Assembly (NCBI GenBank): GCA_963833125.1
Contig: CAWHWX010000009.1
Coordinates: forward strand, 1-64,000
DNA from: Candidatus Bathyarchaeota archaeon
Lineage (GTDB): Archaea; Thermoproteota; Bathyarchaeia; 40CM-2-53-6
Length of the DNA stretch: 64,000 nucleotides
Direction: 5' to 3'
The notes under the pieces were generated by a model. It had not been told where the DNA came from. It made no database searches and saw only the letters and a list, made by a program, of their open reading frames with translations. Both the position numbers and the translations under genes were made by a program. Positions 30,692 to 42,684 of the stretch are shown one piece after another (the first letter of the stretch is position 1; each line of letters opens with the position of its first letter).

Positions 30692-33442
30692 TCACACCCA
30701 ACTCACCAATTCAAACTGGCACACTAGGTCACGAGTAATCATTGCCGTCGCTTTGCTTGGCAGATATTCTGGAGCCCCGTGGGTATAGTCGCCAAGGAAG
30801 AACACGTCAACATTGTACGGGCCGGATGTGATTGGCGCTGTTACGGTACAAGTGTAATTCCCTAACGACCCTCCGGTTTTGGTGGTCACCGTGACGATGT
30901 TCGTGCTCCAACTGAACACACACTCAATCGGCTCACTCCCTACCCCAGCCCCAGACGAAACAAGCCTCAACCTCCCCGAAACGTTGAACATGGTCCCATG
31001 CGTAGGGGTCGAGTTCGAAGGAATTGCGGTTATGTTGGTTTGGGCGGGAGACGGAATCGAGCCAGACTGCAAGTTCAACGTAATCGTCCCCGGTGCAGAT
31101 AAACGAGACCGGTGTGACATCGCTGGACCCTCCGCAAGATAGGTCGGAGGTACAGGCCCAGCTCGAGATCGAGTAGCCAATTGGCACATAGCAAGCGCTT
31201 ACAGTACCGAAATTCGTGAAGTACCCGAATTCCCATCCACTTCATTCGAGCCCGCACATGCACCCCAACCAATCACAGCTAATGCGGAGCTGATGTGGAA
31301 AGTCACCTGAGCCTCTGGAAAGTTGCGGTGAGGGACCCTCACTTGTAACGGTGCAAGTAATTGGGTTATTGGTGCTGCCAGTGCAACTCACGCCCCCCGT
31401 CCACGACCAATGATTAAACTGCCAACCCGAGTTAGGTGTGGGCAAATTTGCTGTGGCGTTGAAAGTTGGGGGGCAGGGGCCTGACTGGCCGTTGTGAAAG
31501 TTATTGCTGCACGCGGTGATTGTTCCTGGTGTTGTGGAAAGTGGGAATGTGGCTGGAACAGTATTGAATGTCACCGTCACCGAGGCTAACGTTACGCGAG
31601 ATTACTCGCAACCGGCGTCCCCCAACCCGTCACCGGATCCCAACCAGTGCCCGCATTATACCCATATTGTTTCCTGAAGTGATGTCGTGGAAATCCACTG
31701 AATATAACCCTGGATTATTCGCGGTCTGATAGAGCAAGGGATCCATATTTCCTAATGCAACCCCATTCCGGAGCTGAAGAACTATTGCGAGAAAACCAGC
31801 CCAAAGGGCGTTGCGAGACTTGTGCCGGTGCAACCATACCAAGCTGGTGTATTCGATGAGTGACATACAGCGGAAATCGACCGAGTACACCCAGATTCCT
31901 GGAGCACCTCCGAGCATCGAGATGTCCGGGACCGCACGACAATCTGGGTGAAGATGACCCGTCGTGCACTTGGCGCTCGTTGATCCAATAGTTGATGTTT
32001 GCCAACTTGGTTCGTTGAAAAATCCACTGTATCCACCTCCGCTGATTGTGGCTCCAGTCTCGCTGCCGTAACCAGTGCATGTCATGGTATCACAGCCACT
32101 CAATGCAAGGTTTGTTGCACCAACGGCTAGCACGTTGGGATCTGAGCTGGAAACTCCGTACCGAAGTTAGTATTGTCCGGTTTTGCTCCTTGATCGCCCG
32201 ATGCGAAAAGGATTGTCACGCCCTGCGAAACATCGGTTGCAAGACGACTGTCGTAACTGGAGACCGACGATGACGGGAGTTGTGTGTCACTGCAACTTGG
32301 GAGGATAGATACACAACCGTAGGTCCAACTGTTAGAGATGATTTTAGCTAAATGATTCATAGCAACGTAGTCAACGAGGTTCATTAGATCATCCGATGGG
32401 CTGGAACCGTACAGAAGAGTTATACTTGCTCCCGGAGCTACGGTGTGCACGGCTTCGACGTCTAATGCGGTTTCTGTAGCCCACCCGGGGTCGTATGTGG
32501 AAGGCGGACCGTCAGGCGTCTCAGTGTGAGTGTGATACTCGGTAGTGAGTACTGCGTGCTGAAGATGTTAATTGAGTTTTGAATGCGAGGATCTCCCGGA
32601 GCGTCAACGATTGCAACGGTCTGTCCTACGCCATTATTTCCTGCACCGTAAAGGTTCGTGAACGAATATCCGACTTGGATTCCCTGTGGGCAGTACGGGC
32701 CGCTGCATGGGGATTCAACCGGTCTTGGGGTTGAATAATTGTCCAGCCCGATGATCCCTGTTACGAGGTTGGCGTAGGCGGTTGGTAGGCTTGGGTCTGT
32801 GTCTATGGCGTAAAAAGTTGAGCCGAATGCTTGACCGGCTGTCTGGTAGTAGCCGAGGGAGACTCCGAACGTGTTCTCAGCTTCAGCGACTGTTCCCGAA
32901 AGTTGTAGAACCAGTGGCGAGGCTCCTTGTGTGATGATGAACCCTGTGTTTGTGAGGAAGGAAGTGATTGATGCCTTCTGTCCAGACGTTGGTAGGTAGG
33001 GTAGGAGGGTCGTTGCGTTTAGGAAGTTGCCGTAGTTAGATGATTGAGGTTCCATGACTGAGTCGAGGCACTGATTGAATTGCGTAGGATTTCGGAGGCT
33101 GAACACTAATTCAAGTTGAATCGGTTGGAACCGGTAAGAAGCCTGTGCGTGATGCTCGGCCCGTTCGAACCGCTGGCACCACATCCCCGGAATCGAAGAG
33201 TTGGACGATCCAGGCTAAACTTGAGACGAGGAAATGTCAGTTGCCCAAGGCGCCAAACAAGGTGAACCGGGTGCAGCCTGACTAAGTCCAACCTGACTTC
33301 CCGCCGCTCGTACACTAGCTGGAGTGAGCTTGGCTAACGTAGGGGTTAAGTTTGTTCGTTGAGTAAGCGAGTATGCCTAGAGGATTCCGAGAAGGGATAC
33401 GAGAAGCAGTAGGGAGGTGGCTGTTCTTAGGCGATTCTTCAA
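30692..33442 (-). pseudogene. Secreted sedolisin (S53) peptidase with propeptide and C-terminal Ig-like domains; multiply frameshifted
   Basis: Pro-domain (ITSFLTNTGF...GTVAEAENTF), ETALDVEAVHTVAPGA, ISNSW, ASGDQG, RAVPDIS, GTSLATP, FHDITSGNN spread over at least 6 frame changes; may be intact in vivo. Confidence 0.75.
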
Positions 33443-33650
33443 TTTCCCGCACGATTCTTACCAGAAACCCCCGCAGTTTCACTTTTTACAACTATATGCG
33501 AATCCATGTTCAGAAACAGTCTCTTGGGGGCTAAGTTTTGTCGTCTTCGCCGTGTAGCTAAGGTGTTGACGGGTGGCCACCATCCGAAAAAGGTGTTCAA
33601 TTCAGCTGGGCCACAGTTACGGAGTTTGGACCTCAGTAACGGTTGTTGAG

Positions 33651-33703
<53 letters not shown>

Positions 33704-33859
33704 GGTGGTATCAACAGTGTAATATTTAGATAACTCTTATATAATTTTGAAAACGGTTTCCACACGGAGCAGTTTGCAGAAACAATGAACAGATTCACGA
33801 GTTGAAGCGTAAGAAAAGTCAAAAGCACGGGCCAGACAACGCTTTGGAGATGACGGGGC

Positions 33860-34399
33860 ATGGATAAGGCGGATATTAGCTCGAAGTTCACAGAGCGGCT
33901 TTCCCGCCAAGCCTATGGCGAGAGCAAAACCATAGAGGGCGTCAAATTTATTGAATTCAAATTCTTCAGCGACGACGGCGGAGACTTCCACGAAATAACC
34001 CGGTTGGTTAACGGCCGCGCCAGCTTCCTGGAAGGTTTCGAAGTTCGTCAGCTAAACAGGTCGAGGTTCAACCCCGGACTCGTGAAAGCCTTTCATCTCC
34101 ACTTGGAACAGGACGAGGTGTGGGCAGTTCATCCTCTCGACCGGCTGCTTGTGGGGTTGGTGGATGTTAGGAAGGGTTCGAAGACGGAAGGCGTCTCGAT
34201 GCGCTTCGTTCTAGGAGGAGGGAAGGCAAAATTCCTCTACATACCCAGAGGCGTCGCCCACGGTGGAACAGCCCTCGGAACGAACCCGGTAGACGTCGTC
34301 TATCTGATGAATCAGCAATTCTCCCCTGACAACCCAGACGAATGGCGCCTACCATGGGACACCCTCGGCGCTGAGTTCTGGAAGATAAGTAAAGGGTAA
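33860..34399 (+). CDS. rfbC: dTDP-4-dehydrorhamnose 3,5-epimerase
   Basis: [33 protein letters not shown]; adjacent to rfbA. Confidence 0.8.
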   Translation: MDKADISSKFTERLSRQAYGESKTIEGVKFIEFKFFSDDGGDFHEITRLVNGRASFLEGFEVRQLNRSRFNPGLVKAFHLHLEQDEVWAVHPLDRLLVGLVDVRKGSKTEGVSMRFVLGGGKAKFLYIPRGVAHGGTALGTNPVDVVYLMNQQFSPDNPDEWRLPWDTLGAEFWKISKG

Positions 34400-34440
34400 G
34401 GGAATACGATCATCTCGTTGATTTCAGCGTCGGCTTCTGG

Positions 34441-35340
34441 GTGAAAGTTGTGAAGGGAATAGTTCTCGCCGGCGGTTTAGGAACCAGGCTGTATCCGATG
34501 ACACATGTGGTCAGCAAGCATCTACTCCCGATTTACGATAAGCCCATGGTCTTCTACCCCCTGAGCACCCTAATGCTCGCCGGAATCCGAGACATACTCA
34601 TCATAAGCACCCCACACGACCTCCCCATGTACAAACAACTGCTAGGGGACGGCTCCGAGCTTGGAATCAAACTCAGCTACCTGGAACAGGCAAACCCCGG
34701 CGGAATAGCTCAGGCCTTCATCGTTGGCCGCAACTTCATCAAATCAGACTCAGTCGCACTCATACTCGGCGACAACATATTCTACGGACAAGGCCTCGCT
34801 GGCCTATTCCAAGCAGCGGTTGCAGAGAATAACGGGGGCACGATCTTCGGTTACTCCGTCAAAGACCCCGAAAGGTACGGCGTCGCAGAGTTCGACAAGA
34901 AAGGCAAGCTGGTTGGTCTCGCGGAGAAACCTAGCAAACCAAAATCAAACTACGCCATAACCGGCCTATACATGTACGATAACAACGTGTTAGAAATCGC
35001 TAACAAACTGAAACCCTCAGCCCGCGGCGAACTCGAAATCACCGACGTGAACAAAGAATACCTTCGCCGAGGAAAACTGAACCTCATAAAATTCGGCCGC
35101 GGCGTAGCCTGGCTCGACACAGGCACACCCGAAGCGTTGCTCGAATCCGCACAATACTTCGCTGCCATAGAACACCGGCAGGGGTTGAAGGTAGCCTGCC
35201 TAGAAGAAGTCGCATACAGGATGGGCTACATCAACGCATCAAAGCTGTTGAAACTCGCCGGAAAATATACCGGAGAATACGGCGACTACATCCGCGCCAT
35301 CGCGAGCGAACATACCGACAACACTGACCTAACTCTGTGA
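34441..35340 (+). CDS. rfbA: Glucose-1-phosphate thymidylyltransferase
   Basis: [51 protein letters not shown]. Confidence 0.95.
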   Translation: MKVVKGIVLAGGLGTRLYPMTHVVSKHLLPIYDKPMVFYPLSTLMLAGIRDILIISTPHDLPMYKQLLGDGSELGIKLSYLEQANPGGIAQAFIVGRNFIKSDSVALILGDNIFYGQGLAGLFQAAVAENNGGTIFGYSVKDPERYGVAEFDKKGKLVGLAEKPSKPKSNYAITGLYMYDNNVLEIANKLKPSARGELEITDVNKEYLRRGKLNLIKFGRGVAWLDTGTPEALLESAQYFAAIEHRQGLKVACLEEVAYRMGYINASKLLKLAGKYTGEYGDYIRAIASEHTDNTDLTL

Positions 35341-36217
35341 GGCGTTCTGAGCGAACACGTGCAATGCTTGTTCCAGTTCCATCGGTTTCTCCCTCAGGAT
35401 CTCTCGAGCTTTCGCTACGTCCAGAGATGAATCCCTCGGCCTCTTCGCGATCCAGCTGGAAGAATCCGACTTGACTGGCGTCACCAATTTAGCATCAAAT
35501 TTTAGTTGCTTGGCTAAGTTAATTGCGAAATCATATCGGCTTGCTCTCGTCGCTCCTGCCACATGAATTATGCCGCGTGTGCCACGCTCGCTTAGATCCA
35601 GGATCATGTTCGCTAGGTTGGTGTTGAGTGTGGGACTAGCGAATTGATCCGATACAACGTTGACAGGCTCTCCCTTACTCAATTTATCGTAAAGCCAAGT
35701 TCCAAAATTTGGCCTGAACGTACGCCCCCAACCGAAAACAACGCTCGCTCTAGCAACGCAAGTATTCTCATGTTCCATAACCAATCGTTCACCGAGCAGC
35801 TTCGATGAGCCGTATTGGTTAACTGGGGCAGGTGGAATCATTCTCGTTATAGTTCCCTCTGCTTCCGTCGAAAACGTAGTCCGTAGACACGTGAACAAGG
35901 AATGCGTTGATCTTGTCGCATGCCTCCGCGAGGAAGCCAGCTGCAGTACCGTTAACTCTCGTTGCCAGTTCCGGTTCGCGTTCGCATAAATCGACATCTG
36001 TGATTGAAGCCGTGTTAATCACGACCGCAGGCCTTTCGCGCTGGACACATTCATTCACTAATTTTTCATCAGTGATGTCCACTTGGATCGCCCGTCCGCT
36101 GTCGGGCTTATGCTCGTGGTAGAGAGAGCTCACGTCGTAACCTTTGGCCGTTGCCTGCTGGACGAGCGCGTGTCCCAGCAACCCGCTTGCGCCGGTTATG
36201 AGAATCTTAACTACCAT
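35329..36217 (-). CDS. rfbD: dTDP-4-dehydrorhamnose reductase, frameshift near 35830
   Basis: [45 protein letters not shown]. Confidence 0.9.
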
Positions 36218-37212
36218 TTACTTTTCCACGGCGCAGAACTCAGTACACGTTCGTTCAGTAAGGGTTGCCACCACGCCTCATTCTTCACGTACCACGCCAC
36301 CGTCTCTCGCAACCCATCCTCGAAACGCCGCTTCGGAGTCCACCCCAACTCATCTCTCACCTTCGACGTATCCAACCAGTAGCGAACATCGTGTCCAGGT
36401 CTGTCGTCAACATGATCAATGAGCTGCTCAGGTTTATCCAGTAATTTCAGAATCTGCTTAACCACATGTTCGTTCTCGATTTGGTTTCCCCCACCAATAT
36501 TGTACACCTCCCCCACCCGTCCTCTTTCGAGAACTTGGTCAAGGGCTTCGCAGTGGTCTTGGACGTGGATCCAATCCCTAACTTGACTTCCCGAGCCGTA
36601 GATGGGAACCTTCCGATTCTGGATAGCTAGAATCACTGTTTTGGGAATGAACTTCTCTGGGAACTGGAATGGGCCGAAGTTGTTTGTGCATCGAGTAATC
36701 AGAGTCGACAATCCGTACGTTTTACGGTAGGCTTTAACCAGCATCTCCCCAGCTGCCTTTGAAGCGGAGTATGGGGACGAAGGGTTCAGTGCGTCTTCCT
36801 CCTTGAACGCCCGCCCATCATCCGCCGAACCATACACTTCGTCCGTTGAAACCTGCAGAAACTTGAGATCCCGTTTCCTGCATAATTCGAGAAGCGTCAA
36901 GACACCTTTCGTATTGCTTTCCAAGAATGAATGGGGGTTTGCGATGCTACGGTCGACGTGTGATTCAGCCGCAAAATTAACCACAACCTCCACGTTCGCG
37001 CTGACCTTCTCCACGAGCTCAGCGTCGCAAATATCTCCCTTGACGAAACGTAATTCGCTCGCCCTCAGAGATCCTTCAAATTTGCAGGGTTGGAACCGTA
37101 ACTCAACTTGTCAAGGTTAACAATCTGAACATTGCGTTGGATGGTCAACAAGATGGTGGATATAGTTCGAGCCAATGAAACCCATCCCACCCGTAACGAG
37201 GAGACGTGTCAA
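36211..37212 (-). CDS. rfbB: dTDP-glucose 4,6-dehydratase, frameshift near 37090
   Basis: Manual N-terminus LLVTGGMGFIGSN; NFAAESHVDRSI, STDEVYG, PSSPYSASKA, DRPGHD. Confidence 0.92.
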
Positions 37213-37418
37213 TGGCTTCCGGCTCACAAACAGGAATTCGTATACCTGATGCTCAACTTAAGGAAATGCAACTCCAACGTATCGACAAGTTAGTTCATCT
37301 GTAATTTCAGAGCCAGACATTCGCTCTATCATCGAACTCTGATTAGATTCTGCTCAGTTTGCCTGAACCGTTGTCAGTTTGACTTCTCTATGAACTGTCG
37401 AAGGTAAGCGCGGGAAGT

Positions 37419-38036
37419 TTACTCGATCGAGAGTAATGCTTGGGCGGAGTCTCCTCCGTTTCCTGTAACTTGGATCACGTATTGTCCGGGGAGAATGTTT
37501 CCGACCGTGAAACTGCCGTTTGGAGTTCCACTTCCAGCTTGGATGACGCATGCTACGGTACCCTTCAAGACCACGTTGGGAGTTGGGCTAGAGATTGTGC
37601 AGGTGGTGTCTGTGGGCAGGAAGCCGCTGGCTATCACTAAAACATCCACACCGGGTTGGGCGGTTGCCGGGCTCAACCCTACCTGAGCACCCCCAGTAAC
37701 GGTCAGGAGCGCTTGCGCGAAGTCGCCCTGATTTCCCGAAGCCTGAATCACATAGGCGCCGGGTAGAACGTTGCCAATCGTGAATCCACCCGACACGGAT
37801 CCTCCCGCGGTTACACATGCTGATGAGGTGATCACGCCGGGGTTGGATGGGCTAGAGAAGTAGCAGGCAGTATCGGTCGGCAGAAAACCAGACCCGTTGA
37901 TTCCAATTTGCAAACCAACATTCCCGCTCCCGGAACTTAACCCAATTACCGGTGAGGATTCAATATTCGTGAGGGCCATCATTCCCGCGGACGCCAACAA
38001 AACTCCAATGAAGAGTAGGGTAAGGATGAATCTCAA
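37419..38036 (-). CDS. Secreted protein with two internal Ig-like repeats
   Basis: Signal peptide; duplicated SGFLPTDT.C..SSP...ACV...G.FT.GN.LPG.YVIQ..GN.GD.AQALL unit. Confidence 0.7.
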   Translation of the reverse strand: MRFILTLLFIGVLLASAGMMALTNIESSPVIGLSSGSGNVGLQIGINGSGFLPTDTACYFSSPSNPGVITSSACVTAGGSVSGGFTIGNVLPGAYVIQASGNQGDFAQALLTVTGGAQVGLSPATAQPGVDVLVIASGFLPTDTTCTISSPTPNVVLKGTVACVIQAGSGTPNGSFTVGNILPGQYVIQVTGNGGDSAQALLSIE

Positions 38037-38162
38037 GGAAACCTAGAGATGCCTTCTCTGTTTGAGAGTTATAATTTATGTTGCTATGGGAAGAGGATGT
38101 GTCCTCACAGAAAATGCTTAAAGGAATCGGGCATGAGCCCGTGCGTGTTTTCGCGTGCTACA

Positions 38163-38969
38163 CTATTGCACTATTGCCTTAGACGCGCCCATTTTGTTTT
38201 GGTTAATTAGTTTAGTATGCGGCTGTAGAGTTCGTTTGTTCCAGGTCAGCGCGGCGTACCAGAAGCCGCATGCTACGGCTAGGAATAGGGCGTAGCCTAG
38301 GTACGTGTGGGCTAGGTAGAGCGCATCTAAGCCCCAGTGGAAACCGACGAGAATAACCACATACACTCTCAGTATCGTCGCAGCAAACGTAACCCCTACC
38401 CCCATCAGCAATAGGAACGTGAGTCTGGCTACTCCGAGTGACTTTCCTACGTCTAAGGTTACGAAGCTGAATGCAGCGATGAACATGAGAAATGAGAGGA
38501 AGCCTCCGCAGAGCGGGGTCACCTCAACACCGCCAATCATCGAGGGGGGTCCGAAGGATAGGATGTCGCCGGAAACTGTAACTGGAATATTGGTTAGGTG
38601 AAGTAGTGCGACTGTAATTATCACGTTTAGCGTCCCGAAAGCAGCGCCTAACGGAGAATTGGAAGCATAGTTCTCAAGTTGCACCGCATGTATCAACCAC
38701 GCAACCACCATCGCAACGCAAAGCACGGGCCACATATCCCGGTAACCCGAAAAGAACTTCGCGCCATAAAGCACCCATCTCGAACCAACCGCAAACAACA
38801 CTACCCCACAACCCATCAAAGTTATCCAAAACGCATCCGCCTCGGAGAGCTGGAAGTACCGAAGGATAACGAGTGACATGAAAATTAAGACCGAACCGAA
38901 GAACACCCGCACCTTTGAACCAATTTCCATAAAGCACTTACCAGCGTTCGATCTTTCGATTAGCATCAC
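38163..38969 (-). CDS. Archaeosortase/exosortase family transpeptidase
   Basis: Polytopic membrane protein with Cys (VEVTPLCGG), Arg (ATILRV) and His (AHTYLGY) catalytic positions; directly downstream of a PEF-CTERM gene. Confidence 0.85.
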   Translation of the reverse strand: MMLIERSNAGKCFMEIGSKVRVFFGSVLIFMSLVILRYFQLSEADAFWITLMGCGVVLFAVGSRWVLYGAKFFSGYRDMWPVLCVAMVVAWLIHAVQLENYASNSPLGAAFGTLNVIITVALLHLTNIPVTVSGDILSFGPPSMIGGVEVTPLCGGFLSFLMFIAAFSFVTLDVGKSLGVARLTFLLLMGVGVTFAATILRVYVVILVGFHWGLDALYLAHTYLGYALFLAVACGFWYAALTWNKRTLQPHTKLINQNKMGASKAIVQ

Positions 38970-38977
38970 TAGAGCAA

Positions 38978-40468
38978 CTAAACAGGTTTTGGTTTACCGA
39001 CCCAGCCGCGTCTACGCTTCGAAATCTGCAACCCGATTAGCAGCATCAATAGCGACGTAACGACAATCAATAACTGATGCAACGAGTCCGGGAATTCTGG
39101 CACGGTATTCTGACCGGCAATGACTATCACATGTCTGCCTGCTGAATAGGTGATGTAAATGTGATACGTGTTGACGTCAGAGGAAGTTACCGTGTTGACG
39201 GTGACATTATCAACAAGCACGACGACTGGACCGTCTATCGACCCCTTAGGAACGGCCGCGTTTAGCGAGCCTATCGTTCCGTTAGGTTCGGTAACTTGAA
39301 TCGTGAACTCTTTAGTGGCCGCGTTGTAGGTTGTGTTTGCGGCGTTGACCTGGCTATTGGTGAGGAACTGAAGCGTAATGTTCCCCGATTGAATTGAGGT
39401 GAATGATCCTGCGAACCGCGCTTTGAAGAAACCGATAATGTCCTCTAGAATTTGCGGTTCTACGGGAGTGCCTATCCATACATGTGTGTATGGAAATGCG
39501 TCTAGTCGGACAAGTTCGCCTGGGGCGTTGTGGGCCCACACGAATGCTGATTGTATGCTAATGCTCCCTGAGTCACCCATACCCCAGATTAGTAGGTGGG
39601 GCACCTTGGCTTGGGCCGACAATTGCGCGGTCTTGAACACGGTTGGGTCTGTCCCGGTTGAGCCGGAAGCTCCCTGCAACTCCGCATCCATTATCACAGC
39701 CAAATTGAACAATCCATAATTGTCGTTTATCAGAGTCCAAGCGGCGAGGGTCCCTCCCGCACTCCAACCGAGCAAGTACACTTGGCTAATGCCCAAACCA
39801 AACTTCAACAAAGCTGCGAGAACATAAGGGAAGATCGGGAGGTTTTGCACGAACCATCCGATTGGTGCTATGACATTGAATCCCGCATTCGCCAAGGAGT
39901 TGAGGACACCCATTGTACTCTGATCTAGTTGAGTGTCACCGGTGAGGATGGGTTGGTCGTATCCGCCGCTAAGGAATATTACGGCCGGGAATCCAACGGA
40001 TTGAATGTTGATGTAGGCGTTTAGTCGACCTGAAAAGTCGCTCTCATAAATCCCCGGCACATCCCCCGCAGGCGAGACGTACGAGTATTCGTCGTTTAGT
40101 GTCGTAGTCCAGCCTTGAGCAGAGTCATTCATAGCGATCGTGAAACGCATTGGATAATTAATAGAAACGTTAGGCATCATCGCACTCAAGTGCCACGCCC
40201 CGTTCACATCCGAAGTCGCGTTCAGGGAACTAGTTTGATAGTTCCCTGCGTCAGTATACCGAATCTGAACTCCTCCTTGGCCTCCGCCAAATCGGTCGGT
40301 AACCACTCCACTTAGGTCAACTCTCTCGCTAAACTTAGGTTGAACGTCAGTTGAGTATACCGCGTACTCACAGCAAGGGTTCGCGTAAGCTCTAATTTCA
40401 TGTGGCAGGAAGAAAAGCGAAACCACAATCAGAAGCAGAAATGCGACTTCTGCCACGTGCTTCGACAA
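38978..40468 (-). CDS. PEF-CTERM surface protein with alpha/beta-hydrolase domain
   Basis: Signal peptide; GWSAGG nucleophile elbow; C-terminal VPEFP + TM helix + KRRR. Confidence 0.8.
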   Translation of the reverse strand: MSKHVAEVAFLLLIVVSLFFLPHEIRAYANPCCEYAVYSTDVQPKFSERVDLSGVVTDRFGGGQGGVQIRYTDAGNYQTSSLNATSDVNGAWHLSAMMPNVSINYPMRFTIAMNDSAQGWTTTLNDEYSYVSPAGDVPGIYESDFSGRLNAYINIQSVGFPAVIFLSGGYDQPILTGDTQLDQSTMGVLNSLANAGFNVIAPIGWFVQNLPIFPYVLAALLKFGLGISQVYLLGWSAGGTLAAWTLINDNYGLFNLAVIMDAELQGASGSTGTDPTVFKTAQLSAQAKVPHLLIWGMGDSGSISIQSAFVWAHNAPGELVRLDAFPYTHVWIGTPVEPQILEDIIGFFKARFAGSFTSIQSGNITLQFLTNSQVNAANTTYNAATKEFTIQVTEPNGTIGSLNAAVPKGSIDGPVVVLVDNVTVNTVTSSDVNTYHIYITYSAGRHVIVIAGQNTVPEFPDSLHQLLIVVTSLLMLLIGLQISKRRRGWVGKPKPV

Positions 40469-40482
40469 TATACTAACCGCAG

Positions 40483-40515
40483 CATTCGCAAGGAGTGCAC
40501 TATATTTGCGTTAAC
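40483..40515 (-). promoter_or_regulatory. 33-bp promoter-like element, copy 1 (copy 2 at 46222-46254)
   Basis: cattcgcaaggagtgcactatatttgcgttaac; minus-strand AAATATA box about 35 bp upstream of the PEF-CTERM start. Confidence 0.6.
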
Positions 40516-40575
40516 TACCAAATGGATGAATAAGCTCATGCTCGTCGCTGAAGATTCGAATGTTGCTAGTGAAAT

Positions 40576-41700
40576 TTAGTCCGTACTCTGCGTAGCCGCA
40601 ATTAATTCCTTTGCGACGAATCGTTGCTTCTTTTCGCTCAAACCAGGATACATTGGTAAAACCAAGGTCTTGGTATATGCACTTGAGCTAACTTCCAACG
40701 CACCTACCTTGGGGCAGTTTCGAAATGCGTCTTGTAAGTGAAGAGCATAGTATCCAAGGTTAGTCTGTATTCCCTTTGTCGCAAGCTTCCTGATCACTCG
40801 ATCTCGGTTTCCCCGTTCTAGGAGAACACAGTATGACTGGTAGGAATGGGTTACTCCTCTCTCTTGAATTGGGCACTTAATGGATTTCGCTCTTCTTAGT
40901 AGCCGAGAGTAACGCCGCGCATGCTTCCGTGTTTCAGTAATTCGTTGACGTATTCTCGATAGCTGTCCGAGTCCTAACGCGGCTTGGATATCAGTCATCT
41001 TATAATTGTAACCTGAGCGTACGAATGTGATTTTGGATTTTCGATGGATGCTGCCATGATTCCGGAGAGAAGTCGCAAGTTCGGCGATTCGACTGCTATT
41101 TGTCACCAACATTCCACCTTCCCCTGTTGTGATGGTTTTGCGGGGATCAAAACTAAAACATCCCACGTCCCCGAACATGCCCACCTTCTTCCCATGATAC
41201 GTTGATCCCAATGCTCCAGCTGCATCTTCAATTACTCTGACATTATGCCTTCTCGCTATCCGCAGCAATTCCTCCATCTTAGCCGGGTGACCGAATGAAT
41301 GAACCACGATGATCGCTTTTGTTCGCTTCGATATTGCCCGCCTAACTTGGGTTGGGGACATGTTGAAGTCTGATTCCTCAATGTCAACAAGCACAGGAGT
41401 GGCGCAGCCGTGTACAACGGCGTTGGCGGTGGCTGGGAATGCAAAATCTGGTACTATAATTTCGTCACCAGCTCTTGCGCCTATGCAGCATACCGCGAGA
41501 TCCAAGGCTGTTGATCCGGAGGAGGTGGCCACCGCATATTTGGCATCTAGATATCGGGCGATGCTACGTTCGAACTCTCTGACCATCGGACCTTGCGCAA
41601 GCCAACCTGAGTTTAAGACGCATTCGACCATGTCGCACGTCCGAGGGAAGAATCTTCGGCTTAGCGAGAGGAATCCGATTAGGAAAACTGCCTGTACCAA
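40576..41700 (-). CDS. DegT/DnrJ/EryC1/StrS sugar aminotransferase (N-terminus probably frameshifted)
   Basis: SSGSTALDLA, IEDAAGALGS, FSFDPRKTITTGEGGM, GYNYKMTDIQAALG. Confidence 0.92.
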   Translation of the reverse strand: MVQAVFLIGFLSLSRRFFPRTCDMVECVLNSGWLAQGPMVREFERSIARYLDAKYAVATSSGSTALDLAVCCIGARAGDEIIVPDFAFPATANAVVHGCATPVLVDIEESDFNMSPTQVRRAISKRTKAIIVVHSFGHPAKMEELLRIARRHNVRVIEDAAGALGSTYHGKKVGMFGDVGCFSFDPRKTITTGEGGMLVTNSSRIAELATSLRNHGSIHRKSKITFVRSGYNYKMTDIQAALGLGQLSRIRQRITETRKHARRYSRLLRRAKSIKCPIQERGVTHSYQSYCVLLERGNRDRVIRKLATKGIQTNLGYYALHLQDAFRNCPKVGALEVSSSAYTKTLVLPMYPGLSEKKQRFVAKELIAATQSTD

Positions 41701-42663
41701 TTGATCGTTCTTTCAAGTCCCTCATCGAGCCCTATTTGCGGACTAAAACCTAACGACCCTGATCCGATCGATCGAAGGCACCCTCACGCTAACCTCCGTA
41801 TATTCGTTTGGCCGCATCAGGATAGTTGACTTCCTTCCAGAGATCTCCATGATTTTCCTTGCGAGCATGAGCGTTGTCAGGGCCTCTTGCGGGTTTCCGA
41901 TGTTGTATATCCCTTCACCTTTGTCTGCCAGTAGCATGAATCCGTCGACACAATCCTCTACATAGCACCATGCTCGAATCTGGTCTCCGTCTCCGTGGAC
42001 GATCAAAGGTTCTCGGCGGATTGCGCGTTCGACGAATGAATGTACGGCCCCCTCTCCCGTCTGTCGTGGGCCGTAGACATTGAACGGCCTGGCAACGACC
42101 ACAGGTAATCCAACCTCTCTAGATGATGCGACGAACATGTGCTCAACGAAGAGTTTACTGGCTGCGTAAGACCATCGAGGGTCGTTCGGTGACCCGACTG
42201 TTAGAAAGGCGTCTTCACCTGCCCCAGCGGTCGTCGGCCCATAGACCTCGCTAGTGCTTGCAAAAACTAGACGTTGAAGCTCTGACTTGAATTTCCTTAG
42301 GGAATTCACCAGGTTGTAGCTTCCGAGTACGTTGACCTCCATAGTCTCCAATGGTTTCTGCACGACTTCCGCGACTCCTGCCAAACTAGCGAGATGAAAC
42401 ACAATTTCGGGTTGTGAGTCGCTGATTGCCTTCTCGAGTTCCGTACTATTCCTCACGTCTCCCTGCACTAGATGCAGTTTCCGCGAGAGCTTCTCACCAT
42501 AGTGGGACACTAGGTCGTCTAAGCTGGGGGTGCGAATTTCTCGATCGAAGCACGTGACTTCATTCTCCGTGAATAATCGCTCGATTAGGTGACTTCCAAT
42601 GAAGCCTGTGCCTCCGGTTATGAAGATCTTCTTGTTCCTTAGCACAGTTTTCAATCCCACCAA
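41679..42663 (-). CDS. NAD-dependent epimerase/dehydratase (extended SDR), C-terminal frameshift
   Basis: ITGGTGFIGS, ASTSEVYG, RWSYAASK, RPFNVYGP, RAWCYVED; shifted tail LDEGLERTINWY. Confidence 0.88.
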
Positions 42664-42684
42664 GACTCCTATTCAGAGCTCACT

